Part shown: positions 52,409 to 63,639 of the stretch, in pieces
How the letters are laid out: each line of letters begins with the position of its first letter
How positions within the stretch are numbered: the stretch's first letter is position 1
NCBI GenBank assembly: GCA_013265495.1
Contig: MU058289.1
Coordinates: 1,485,451-1,549,450 of the forward strand
Length of the DNA: 64,000 bases
Origin: Vicugna vicugna
Taxonomy: Eukaryota
Direction of reading: 5' to 3'
Made by a program: the position numbers and the translations under genes
Notes under the pieces: model-generated
What the model was told of the DNA's origin: nothing
What the model saw: only the letters and a program-made list of their open reading frames with translations
Database searches by the model: none

Positions 52409-52445
52409 CACTGCAACAAATGTGCCTGGGCAGCACCACCCAGTC
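52409..52445 (-). pseudogene. Fossil gene, putative 37-nt exon
   Basis: GTCAG|G...GTG|GTGAGT after a 124-nt intron; phase 2 to 0; TGWCCPGTFVAV. Confidence 0.55.
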
Positions 52446-52569
52446 CTGACATTACAGTGAGGCTCTCGGAGGGAGCTGATGAAACTAAAAGCCACCTTTG
52501 ATTTATAAGCCAACACTTATGAGAAGCGCAAAGGAGATTGAGCTTATTGAACGGAAGTACAACTCTTAC

Positions 52570-52665
52570 CTCACATAAAGCCCATCAGATCCGTAAGAAG
52601 TAATGAGATTACTTCTCAAAAATCCTGTGATCTCATCAAATTAGCAATCTGAGCTGTTTCCGCAT
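52570..52665 (-). pseudogene. Fossil gene, putative 96-nt exon with in-frame stop
   Basis: CTGACTGTGCCTGTGCAG|A...GAG|GTAAGA; phase 2 to 2; CGNSSDC*FDEITGFLRSNLITSYGSDGLYVR (TAA at 52643-52641). Confidence 0.55.
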
Positions 52666-53589
52666 CTGCACAGGCACAGTCAGAGGCAAAACCAAGAGAA
52701 CCGTAAGTCTAGAAGATGTCAGAGGCTTGGCCTCCTCCCAGAATGGGTCTCTGGTGTGGGACTCTTTAAGTTGCGTGAAAGCATGACCTCATGAACCTCC
52801 TCCTCCAGGAAGCCTTCTCTGAAATCCCCAACTCTATAATTTTCCCAGTCACAGTATTTATCTCACAAGACTGTTAAGTTTTGCCCCTTCTGGACTGTGA
52901 GCTTGGATGATATTCATCTCATACTCAACTGTTCCTCCAGCACTTGGCACTGCATATAGCACACAGCAGGCATTCTCGAAGTAACTTGCTCATTTATTCA
53001 ACGAGTTTCTAAGCACCTACATGGGCCAGACGCAGTACCAGGCACTGGGGATGGAGTGGTGAGCAAGATAAAAGTGATCCTTCCCCAAACAAAAATGACA
53101 AAGATAACCACAATATAAACATACAAGCCCAACGAGGACACGTTGCAGCGAAGAAAAGATTTGAGCACTAGAAGATGACGACTGCAAGGAGAACGGAACA
53201 CATTCTGGAAGGTCATGGAAGGCATCTTTGAAAAGGCAGTGTTTAAACTGACATTTGAAGAATGAGAAGCCACTAGCTGGGGGAGAGACCTCCAGGTGAA
53301 AGGAACTGCAAAGGCCTTTGGAATTTGGCTCGTTTTGGAATTTGGAACAGAAGGAAAGTTAAGGGTGGTTCCCCAGGGACTAGGTCATAGAAGGCTGGCT
53401 GAGAAGGATGGAACTCTTTCTTAAAAGAAACGGGAAATCACTGGAGAGTTTGATGCAAAAATCTGTTCTCATAGCACTGGGGTAAGCAGGACAGAGGCGG
53501 AGAGAGTTTGCCAGGCACTCAGGGGTCTCTGTGTAGTCTCAGAGGGGCAGAGCAATGGAGAGAATCCAAGATCTCCTGCCACGTAACTT

Positions 53590-55120
53590 TTATATTAATA
53601 CTTCATTCACATAAAACACACAGATCTTATGTACACAGTTCAAATTTTCACTTATGTATACGTACTGTATCCACCACCCCAATCAAGATATAAAATACTT
53701 CAGCAGGCCCTTCTTCCTCCAGATATAACTACTAATCTCCATCACCACTGTTACTGTCTTTGAGTTTTACGTAAATGTAATCATATAATATATACTCTTT
53801 TGTGTCTGGCTTTTTTCACTCATTGTGTCTGTGATGTTTATTTATGTTGTGTAGAGCAATTTTTTTCACTGTATTCCTTTGATAAATATTTATTTATTCA
53901 TTCTACTCTTGTCGGACATTTATTTCCAGGCTTTGGCAATGATGACTTATACCGTGAACATTCTTGTACGTGTCTTTTGTGGACATAAGCCAATCACTTC
54001 TACTGGGTATATACCCAACAATGAAACTGCTGGGTCATAAATACACGTATTTAACTTTAGTGGTTCCTGCCCATTTGTTTTCCAAAACGGTTGCACCAGT
54101 TTACACTCCCACCATTGCAGTGTGCAAGACTCAGTTCTTTTACGTCCTCACCAACACTTAACATTATGGTCTTTTAAAAAAAGTTGCAGTCATTTTTTGT
54201 GGGGGTAGAATGGCATCCCGTGGTTTTAATTTGCATTTTTTGATGACGAAGTGTTAAGAACCTTTCCATAAGTTTATTAGATATTTGAACTTATTGTCTG
54301 TTCAAGATTTAAAAAATTAGAAAAAACTGATTTGTAGTTCTTTATATATTCTGGATTATGAGCCCTTTGATGGCTAATATTACCTAATGCAAATATCTTC
54401 TCCATCTGTGGCTCGCAGTTTTGCTCTCTTGATATCTTTTGATGAAACAAATTTTTAGTCTTAGTGAAGTCCAGTTTATCAGTATTTTTTCCCTTTCATA
54501 ATTGTCACTTTTTGTGTCGTCTTTGCCTACTCCAAGGTCTTGAAAATATGCCCTTATTTTTTCTCAGAAATGCTTTGTAGTTTCCAGTGTAGAGGTCTTA
54601 TACATCTTTCATTAGATTGCTGGGTGTCTGATTTTTTTGGTGGGTACTATTTTATTTATTTATTTATTCATTCATTCATTCATTCATTCATTCATTCATT
54701 ATTGAGTTATCAGTTTACAATATTGTGTCTGGTGGGTACTATTATAAATGGTAACATTTTAACTTTCACTTTCTGACTTGTTGCTTATACAAAGAAACAA
54801 GTGATTTTTGTAGACGTTGATGATTCACTTATTAATTGCAGCAGTTTGTAGATAGGTTTGGTTTTTATTCATATCCCACTGTGTCATGTTAAAAAATAAT
54901 AGTTTTCTTTTCCCCAGTCTTTGTACCTGTATTTCTTTCTCATATCTTATTGCACTAAGTAGGATAGCCAACACAATGCTGAATAGAAGTGGTGATGACT
55001 GACACCAGTCACAAGGGGAGCTGTCAGTATTTCACCATTACATGTAATGCTTGTGTATATTTTTTGTAAATATCTTTTACTAGATTAGGAAGTTTCCATC
55101 TATTCCTAATTTCCTGAGTT
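53590..55120 (-). mobile_element. Old L1 (ORF2 end plus 3'UTR), antisense copy
   Basis: TTTTCCAAAACGGTTGCACCAGTTTACACTCCCACCA, GTGGTTTTAATTTGCATTT, ACAATGCTGAATAGAAGTGGTGA. Confidence 0.8.
54650..54700 (+). repeat. (TTTA)n(TTCA)n microsatellite
   Basis: Seen directly. Confidence 0.9.
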
Positions 55121-55359
55121 TTGAACGTCTCTTCTTTCTTTTTGAAGGGCTGAAGACTGTGTGCGCACCCAGTTTGTTCATGGCAGGGTGGAGAGGATCA
55201 AATGTGAAAAGATGTCAGCCTGCTCCAGAAGGTACCCCGGGGCTCATGCCAGCAACTGTTGGGATATTGCCAGCCTTTCCACCAGCCATCTCTGTGGGCT
55301 CATCATTGCCGGGTCATCTGTAGCTGGCGGTCACAGACGTTACATGTGTTCACTAATAC

Positions 55360-55455
55360 TTGGTTCTATACTTCCCTGCTTCCTTAAGTGAGAACAAGGT
55401 AAGTTCAAGCTGGGATAAGGCAAAAATGAGCATGTCTGACAGCTCCTTTCTATTC
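55360..55455 (-). pseudogene. Fossil gene, putative 96-nt exon
   Basis: CTTTTTCTTTTCCCAG|G...CAA|GTATTA; phase 2 to 2; open frame NRKELSDMLIFALSQLELTLFSLKEAGKYRTK. Confidence 0.55.
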
Positions 55456-55504
55456 CTGGGAAAAGAAAAAGCAGCCATCTCCTGACGGTGCTAGGGATAG
55501 ACAC

Positions 55505-55563
55505 CAGGAGAGTGGTCTGAAGTGTGAAGACTCCGGGATTTCCAGATTTAAACCAAGTAGCAG
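55505..55563 (-). pseudogene. Fossil gene, putative 59-nt exon
   Basis: CTTCCTTTTTCCTTCCAG|CTG...TG|GTGTCT; phase 0 to 2; LLLGLNLEIPESSHFRPLSW. The following intron would be only 49 nt. Confidence 0.4.
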
Positions 55564-55656
55564 CTGGAAGGAAAAAGGAAGCTGGCTGAGACACTTATAG
55601 GTATGTTTGGAGCTAAGTCGTGATCCAGGATGATGAAAGTTGCAGAGCAAACCCAC

Positions 55657-55802
55657 TGACAGTCTGGAAACCAGACGTCTGACCCAGGCACACATCCAGA
55701 GAGAGGTTATAGTAAGTATGGACAGGCTTAGCATTTTTTGCTTTGCCAAGAAGCCCTTTAGATACTTGCAGAGAACAGGCCTGAGGTTCTGATCATTTAC
55801 AA
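55657..55802 (-). pseudogene. Fossil gene, putative exon (may be the 3' part of a larger exon starting at 56340)
   Basis: TTATCTGTAG| ... TCA|GTGGGT (alternative donor TGG|GTCAGA at 55684). The only open frame reads VVNDQNLRPVLCKYLKGFLAKQKMLSLSILTITSLWMCAW...; ends in phase 0. Confidence 0.4.
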
Positions 55803-56069
55803 CTACAGATAAGCCCAGTGCCAGGTGACTAGGCAGCTGGCTCCAAGGCCGCGTCCCTCTGGGAGTCAAGTCGGATCTCCGGGCTGTCTGGAGCAGCAGC
55901 AGTGCTGGACATGGCGACTCGCTGCTGAACACCAGCTTGCCACAGAACCAGAGGTGTGCAGCTGCCCTGCTAGCTCACAGTCCCGAGACTTATTTTTACA
56001 TCTGTGACTCAGAGGCCTAGACCAGGACTGAGGCCTTGGAGAGAAAGAAGCCTTGGTTAGGGGTTGGCT

Positions 56070-56209
56070 TTTTTTTTTTTCTTTTTGGTGGGGTAGGTAA
56101 TTAGGTAATTAGGTTTATTCATTTATTCTTAGAGGAGGTATTGAGGATTGAACCCAGAACCTCATGCATGCTAAGCATGTGCTCTACCACTTGAGCTACC
56201 CCCTCCCCC
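56070..56209 (-). mobile_element. Camelid tRNA-derived SINE (Vic-1-like)
   Basis: Family core plus AATTAGGTTTATT tail motif; TSD AGGGGTTGGCT/AGGAGTTGGCT (56059-56069, 56210-56220). Confidence 0.88.
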
Positions 56210-57660
56210 AGGAGTTGGCTCTTGAGAGTTGCATGGGCCTGGCTGTTTGACACCATGATCACATCCATTTCAGAACACGGTTGCAGTGATAGAATTTCCG
56301 GTAGGACGCAGTCTCTTGAGGCTTCCGTATTAGATGCCTCCTGTAAGACATGTGATACAAATTATGTTCCTAAAAGCTCATTCTGCTTACTGCACAGAAA
56401 ATGAACCAGAAACGTGCAGTATGGACAGACGGTGACCAATGAAGAGGCTATTACAGTAGCACTGGCAAGAGCTGAAGGTGCTTCACGCTAGAATAGAGGC
56501 AAACAGATTTCTGGCTCAAGACGGTAAACCAGCTACAAACGTTTACCTTCTTTTCCTAGAAGACGACATTAAAATGTCAATAAATGACTAAAATGATATT
56601 TATAATATAAATGGAATTGTGCAGGGAGAAATGTGTGAAGTATTTTTCAACAAATTCTATTTTTTTGGTCTTTTTTTTTAATCTTTAAAAAAATTTATTT
56701 TATTTATTTATCTTTTATTCTTTAAAAAAATTTTTTTTCCAACAAATTTTTAGACTGATTACAACAGATGGAAGTATGGTGACCCCAGGGCAGAACAGAG
56801 GATACCATACCGAGGGGTGCTATTGTGCAGAAGGAGCCATGTGCCTGAAACTCGGAAATGCTTCAGACTCTAAAGCAGCAGGTACAACAGAGGGCAAGAG
56901 TGAGAAGGAGGCTTGAAAACAGGAAAACTAATGTATGGTCTGTCTCCGCAACAAGCAGTGAACAATCTTGTTTCTCACTGCTGCAATTAGAACGACCTAT
57001 AATCAGGCAACACACTCCTAGGAAAAACAAGCAAAGGAAGATTCTTCTCTGCAGGTATCTGTGGGATGTGGAAATATTGACACCTTTGAACAAGCCCTCT
57101 GGAATTCAGAGACCTCAAGGATAAAGATCACACCTTAAAGCATCTGCCAGCTGACAAATTCCGGCCAAACCCAGAGCTCCAGGGCAACTCCCATGAAAGC
57201 TAATCAAGAATTCTCAGGTATTTGACTAAAGTCTACTGCAGGAAGTTTATGACCAAGATTAACAGGATTAAGAAAGAAAATCTGAGAAACAAACTTAAGA
57301 AACACAAAAGTTTGATTTGACAGCTCTTACATCTGAGTAAGAGGGAGATCTAGTGAAAGAACTGGGTGGGTAGCATCAAATAATTATCTAAGAAGTAATA
57401 GGAGAAAGAACTAAAGGAAACATACAGATCTTTAAATCAAAAGGGTCTACAAACTGCCCAGAATAACACTGGGTTAAAACAAAAAGACCCATACCTAGAG
57501 AAATCCTTAAAATTCCTTAACACAAAGGAAAATGCAAAGCTTCCAAAGAGAAAAATCATCATCTACAATGAAAAAGAATCAAACTGGCATCAGAGTTAGC
57601 ACTGCATGTTAGATAGATAAAAGGTCACAATTGAACTAAGAATTTTATATACATATATAA

Positions 57661-57806
57661 TTTTTTAAATTTGTTTTCTTTGGGGGGTAATTAGGTTTAT
57701 TTATCTATTATTATTTTTCATTATTTAACAGAGGTACTGGGGATCAAACCTATGATGTCAATGCTTGCTAAGCATGCACTCTATCACTGATCTATACCCT
57801 CCTCCC
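57661..57806 (-). mobile_element. Camelid tRNA-derived SINE (Vic-1-like)
   Basis: Family core and GGGGTAATTAGGTTTATT tail. Confidence 0.82.
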
Positions 57807-57894
57807 AAAATGACTTTTACATTTTTTAAAGTGTCAAATTTGAAAAAGAGGAAGATGTGATAAAGACCTTACAATCTGGCTCTGTATATTTTCA

Positions 57895-58038
57895 AGTGTC
57901 TTTCTTTATTACTATTTTTATTTATTTTGGGGGGTAATTGGTTTATTTACTTATTTATTTTAATGGAGGTACCAGGGACTGAACCTGGGACCTCATGCGT
58001 GCTAGGCATGCACTTAACCACTGAGCTATACCCTCCCC
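57895..58038 (-). mobile_element. Camelid tRNA-derived SINE (Vic-1-like)
   Basis: Family core; TSD approximately TGGCTCTGTATA/TAGCCCTGTATA. Confidence 0.85.
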
Positions 58039-59472
58039 TAGCCCTGTATACTTTTAAAGAAAACTCCCTAAGTAAGAATTCTAGCAAATGAGAAAATGGA
58101 ATACAGGGCATCCGGGAAACTGTGATCTAACCCAGGAGGGCAATAATGAGAAATCCCAGGATCATAACTGCTGAAGATCTCAAAAACAGCATGTTTGATC
58201 TTTAGCAGGATAGCAGAAGGTTACAGGACAGTAGTCTCTAGAGAAAAAGATTTCATAAACTAATCAGATAGCATGGTTAAGGGTTTGGAAAAATTTTATT
58301 ATATGATAAAGGCAATAAATACAAGCAGAGAATTCAGAAACTCCAGGAAGAATGAAAAGCTGTGGGGAAAATAATCGTTCAAGGGAAAAATGATCTTAAT
58401 GAGATATGAAAATTGGTGAGCTCAAGAAGAATGGAATAGATTCCAAGCAATAGAGAATGAGAAAGAAGGGAGCGGGAAGAGAGAGAGAGAACATGAACAC
58501 ACATGTGCAAGAGCCAATCAGAAATTCTAGGGAAACTATTGCAGACAAAAACAAAACCAAGATAATAATACATACAAACTTCAGGATAGTCATTTCCTTT
58601 TGGGTGAAGCAGAAATGCAATAGGGGAGTCATACAGGTTGTTGATAACGTTCTAGTTCTTGAGTTGTTATAGGTTCAGTTACGCATATTGTGGGTCCCAT
58701 ATTCTTCTGTTTATATTTAATGTAAAAGAGGAAAAACAGTTTAAAAATCAGACAAGGAAGACAAGGTCAAATCATGAGGCAAATTACAATGTAGATGATT
58801 TTAAAAACCTGATGGAATCCAAGAAAAGAAAATCCACTTAATCTTGATCATAGTAACATATATTTTTTGAAAGGTACAGTATTTATGATACTAGAACTGT
58901 AGAGAAGGCACATCACTGGGCTCTGGGCTGAAGAATTCTTATAAAATCACACCAAAATATTGTTTATGAGTTTTCAGCTTTTAAAGTCAACCAATATGTG
59001 AAAGTAAGACAATGTTTAGTGGCAGGAGGAATAAAACATTGTGTAAAAAAAGGAAATATAGACAATTTGGCTCATCCATAAATGATATTTACTTAGTTGT
59101 AATAAGTATTATGTAGCTGTAATTAAGTGTTATGATTAAGTATGTGAGGAGGATACAGAGTAAGGATGTGTGAATCTCTGTGTGTGCGGGGTTAAGACAG
59201 TAAATCTACATAAAAAGAGGCCCATGGTTGATAAACACATGGGAAAAACAAAGTAAAAAACAGTTTATACAGACTCTTCCTATTGACATATTAACAAAAG
59301 GAGGGACGTGGATATCATGTGCATACACACCATCTGGATAGGGACATGTGAAAGAATACAGATAAACTGTTCATAGTATTTGCCTTTAAGGAAGAGAAGT
59401 CAACTAACTATGCTATTTGTTTCCATTTGTGCTATGTACAGATATTATTTAACTAAAAATATAAACTTTTTT

Positions 59473-60600
59473 GGACCTGTCTCCTAGAGTAATGGAAATA
59501 AAAACAAAAATAAACAAATGGGACCTAATGAAACTTAAAAAGCTTTCACAAAGCCAAGGAAATCATTGACAAAACAAAAAAGACAATTTTCTGGATTTGC
59601 AAATGATGTGACTGACAAAGGATTAATTTTCAAAATATACAAAGGGCTCATATAGCTCAGTATTAAAAAAAACCAAACAACCCAATCAAAACCAGGCAGA
59701 TCTAAAAAGACACATGAAAAGATGCTAAACATCATTAATTATTAGAAAAATGCAAATGAAAACTACAATGAGGTATCACATCACACTGGTCAGAATGGCT
59801 ATCACCAAAAAGTCTACAAATAATGGAACTACTGGATCCTACAAATTGGAATGCTGGAGAGGGTGCAGAGAAAAGGAACCCTTCTACACTGTTGGTGGGG
59901 ATGTAAATTGATGCAGCTATTATGGAGAACAGTACAGAGGTTCCTTAAAAAGCTAAAACTAGAGTTAACCATATAATCCAGCTATCCCACTCCTGGGCAT
60001 ATATCTGGACAAAGTCTAATTTGAAAAGATACATGCACCCCAATGTTCACAGCAGCAGTACTTATAACAGCCAAGACATGGAAACAACCTAAACAGCCAT
60101 CAACAGATGAATGGATAAAGAAGATGTGATATGTATATATGTATAAAATGGAATATTACTCAGCCATAAAAAGAATGAAATAATGCCATTTGCAGCAATG
60201 TGGATGGACCTAGGGATGATTACACTAAGGGAAGTAAGTCAGAGTAACACAAATATAATATTGCTTATGTATAGAATATAAAAAAATGATACAAATGAAT
60301 TTATTTACAAAACAGCAGCAGACTCACAGATAGAAAACAAACTTATGGCTACCAAAGGGGAAAGGTGGGGGAGGGATAAATTAGGAGTTTGTGATTAGAA
60401 TGTTCACGCCACTATATATAAACCAGATAACCAACAAAAACCTACTGTATAGCACAGGGAACTATATTCAATATCTTTCTTATAATAACCTATAATGGAA
60501 AAGAATCTGAAAAGGAATATATATATATTTATGTGTAACAGAATGATGCTTCTGTACACCTGAAACACATTGTAAATCAACTATCCTTTAATAAAAAACA
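59473..60600 (+). mobile_element. Cetartiodactyl-type L1 ORF2 end plus full 3'UTR
   Basis: AATAAACAAATGGGACCTAATGAAACTTAAAAGCTT...GATACATGCACCCCAATGTTCACAGCAGCA...TGTAAATCAACTAT. Confidence 0.9.
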
Positions 60601-60884
60601 ACTATTTTTTTAAAAGCGACTATTAAGTATCATAATAAAAAAGCATTTTGAAATTGAAAAAAAAAGAACACTGGAAGAAAAGCAGAAGCAAGATCATCAC
60701 TTCGGTTTGGGGAATACTATGTTAGAGAAGCTACTTTAAGACCTTTACAGGCATCAAGAAGTCAGATCTAGACTCAGAAGAGATCTGTGCTGGATAAAAA
60801 GTGAATGTGAGAGTAACTCCAGGTAGTTAAGGCCGTAGGGGTTGATGCCATAGACAGTATGCAGTTTAAAAAGAGAAAAAAAGC

Positions 60885-61026
60885 AAATTTACCTGGCAGG
60901 GGAGATAACATGGTCACGAAGGTGGTTTTCCCAGAGTGAGGCTTATTCCATTGCACTCCGGATGTGCTGACCCCTGAGATTTCCCCAAATGTGGGACACT
61001 TGACTGCATAATTTGTGGTGGGGGGA
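60885..61026 (+). pseudogene. U1 snRNA retropseudogene, 3'-truncated
   Basis: TTACCTGGCAGGGGAGATA...CATTGCACTCCGGATGTGCTGACCCCTG...ATAATTTGTGG matches U1 through the Sm site; stem-loop IV is absent. Imperfect TSD GAGAAAAAAAG/GAGAAAAAAG (60873-60883, 61031-61040). Confidence 0.92.
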
Positions 61027-61450
61027 GGTGGAGAAAAAAGTTAAAGTAGAACCTTGAGGAACACTATCCTTTTAAAATGGGGTGATTGAAAAATTAGAAT
61101 TAGGCAGACAGAAGCAGCAAGTAGAGAGGGTGGGACGAAAGCCAGATGAGTATGGCAGCCAGGAAAACAAGAGTATTTTAAGAAGGAAGAAGTCGACCGT
61201 ATGAAATGCTTCTGTAAAGCAAGTAAGAGAGGAAAACTGTGAAAGGTTTGCTGGAGCTCACTGGGGACCTCACCAAGAACTGCTTCAGTGGTATACAGAG
61301 TAGATCAAGCGGGTTAGGAAGTAGAAGGGAGATCAGGCGTCTAGACAGTTAAAGAGTTAAGTAGGAAATGGTAGAATGTAGGATTTGTCATAATTTTCTT
61401 AAAAAAACAAAGAAGTCTTTGATATAATAAATGCTACATAATTACAACTA

Positions 61451-61744
61451 CAGGCATACTTCATCTTCTTCTGCTTTGCAGACGCTGCTTTGACAAACTG
61501 ACGTTCTGTGGCAACCCTGCATCTAGCGAGTCTATTGCCGCCATTTTTCCAACAGCATTATTTTAAAACTAAGGTATGTATGTTGTCTTTAAGACGTTAT
61601 TATTGTACATTTAACAGACTACAGTACACTGTAAACCTCACTTTTACATACCTAGGAAATAAAAAAGTTGACACGACTTGCTTTATTGTGATATGTTTTA
61701 TCGTAGTCTGGAACTGAATCCGCAGTATCTCCAAGTTGTGCCTG
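61451..61744 (+). mobile_element. Tigger1-derived internal-deletion element
   Basis: TA|CAGGCATAC...GTGCCTG|TA termini; TGTGGCAACCCTGCATC...GCCATTTTTCCAACAGCA. Confidence 0.8.
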
Positions 61745-62613
61745 TATATGTCAATATGAGTACTAACATACTAATATGCTACATAATACACTAGCAGAAT
61801 AACTAAATGCAAACGCAAAGGATCCTTTATCAAAGAAGTTGAAGTTATAGGCTGAAATAACTCAATAATGTAAGTCTGGAAATGGGGAAGGTTTTGACAG
61901 GCCGTCTTTTCTCTATTTTTATAGGACAACCAGGAAAAGGCTGGATGCAGATGAGGTTGGTTTAGAGGATGTGGTGCGTGCCTGAGGCAGTTTCCATCCA
62001 ATGGCTTCTGGTTCTCTTTGAAATAGATGGCAAGGCTGTTTGCTGACTACAGAGGTGATTACAGAAAAGTACTAAGTTTTGCTGGCAATGTTGAGGACCT
62101 AGTAGAGAGCAGTCATCAGATTTACAGTGGTACTAATTCTCTTCTGTGATCTCTTCTGCAGGACATAACCCTCTGGGTGAATACTGACAATGTTGGTGGT
62201 GGGGGTAGATGCTTGTATGGTCGGGGTTTCTCTAGGAAGGAGCACAAGATCAAAAGAGGAGCAAAGGAGATTAGGGTATTTGTGAGACAAATGATTGGAT
62301 CATGGAGTTTAGGCTGGTTGGAGATGGCGGTAGGGAAAGCAAAAAATGGGAGCTAATGAATCAAAAGTAGAAAGATTCCTGACCTGGAAGCTAAAAGCAG
62401 TTACTGAGCAAGGGAGTGGTTAGGTCACTGCATATACGTGTGTTTGTTTCTTGAGCAAGCCAGTTGGAAGATCAACGTGTGAGGTGTCTAATACCCATGA
62501 TTCAGAGGTGATGCAGCTGAGGTTGATGGACAAGGTCCAGGTGTGTCCACAGGTTTGGGTGGGAGATGAGAAGAAATGGTCACAGGGCAAGGAACAGGAA
62601 CCAGGGTGTAGGA

Positions 62614-63093
62614 TGGATCTAGAAGAGTTAACAAAGCAGTCCCGAATGCTGTCCTTTATAAAGACTGCTTACAAGTTTGGCCTTCGACTGACATCTGGAA
62701 ATCTAGACTTGAGAAGGATTTCTATCATCCTCACTATACCTAAATTGTTTGTACGAACAACGTGGTTTACTTGTGCTTTACTTCTGGGAGTCTGGGATTT
62801 TGGTATGTGCCAAGAAGAGGCTGCCTACGTTACCAGCCCCCGATCAAAACCCTGGGCACTCAGCCTCTAATGAGCTTCCCTGGTAGACAACATTCCACAC
62901 ATGTTGAAACATCTCATCGCTGGGGAATGAAGTGCGTCTTTCATGACTCCACTTTCAAAGTCCCTTCTGGACGTGTGAGCCTGGCTTAGTCTAGACTTTG
63001 CCCAAGTGTCTTTTCCTTTGATAATTCTGCTTTGCATCTTTTTGCTGTAAGAAATCGTAACCATGAGTATGATTGTCCTGGGGACTCCCAACA
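62614..63093 (+). mobile_element. MER68-like ERVL LTR
   Basis: AGAAGAGTTAACAAAGCAG...CCAGCCCCCGATCAAAACCCTGGGCACT...GGGACTCCCAACA resembles the recalled MER68 consensus. Confidence 0.65.
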
Positions 63094-63639
63094 CAGATGG
63101 GTAAACCACACAGATGTTGAAGTCATTTGGAATAATATAAGTATAGAGGAAGAGAAAGGCAGGTATACTTTTTTTAAGGAGATGGGTAGTAATCAGGTCA
63201 TTACAAGATCATAACCACGTAAGTGAAGGGATTACAAAAGCCTTAAAAGAGTAAGTAGGGGTTTTACCGAGAGGGGAGGGAGCATGGACACCAAGCCTAC
63301 ATCCTGAACGTAGGTTTGTAGGACGAGGAATACTTCAGTTCTGCCACTGGGAAGGGTGCTATGTGGAGCAGTGCCTTTAGGGGACAAAGGCTAGGCACAG
63401 AAAGGATTAACCTTGCATCTGCTCTAACACATACATCTATGCCTACATCTATAGCACCTCAGGGTTTTCTGATACTTTATTTCTAGTAACAAATAACTAG
63501 CAGTAGCACAGTGGTGTGGAGTAGCACCATAGCTGTGCACGACTATCTTTCATAGTACTCAAAGTCCTTAAGAGGTTTAAGTCAGTATTCCTTTCACCCA
63601 CTCTAACTTCAGCTTCTCTTGCTGAGGAAAAAAGTGTCC

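Larger units (their letters stand above)
49420..56340 (-). pseudogene. Candidate multi-exon unitary pseudogene of an unidentified protein
   Basis: Chain of AG...GT-bounded, phase-compatible segments (listed individually) giving ~280 aa with one TAA and one +1 frameshift. AATAAA on the minus strand at 49440-49445. Confidence 0.55.

Noticed and set aside
52596..52616. Perfect 9-bp hairpin AGAAGTAAT-GAG-ATTACTTCT
   Set aside because: Too short and AT-rich to exceed chance in 64 kb.
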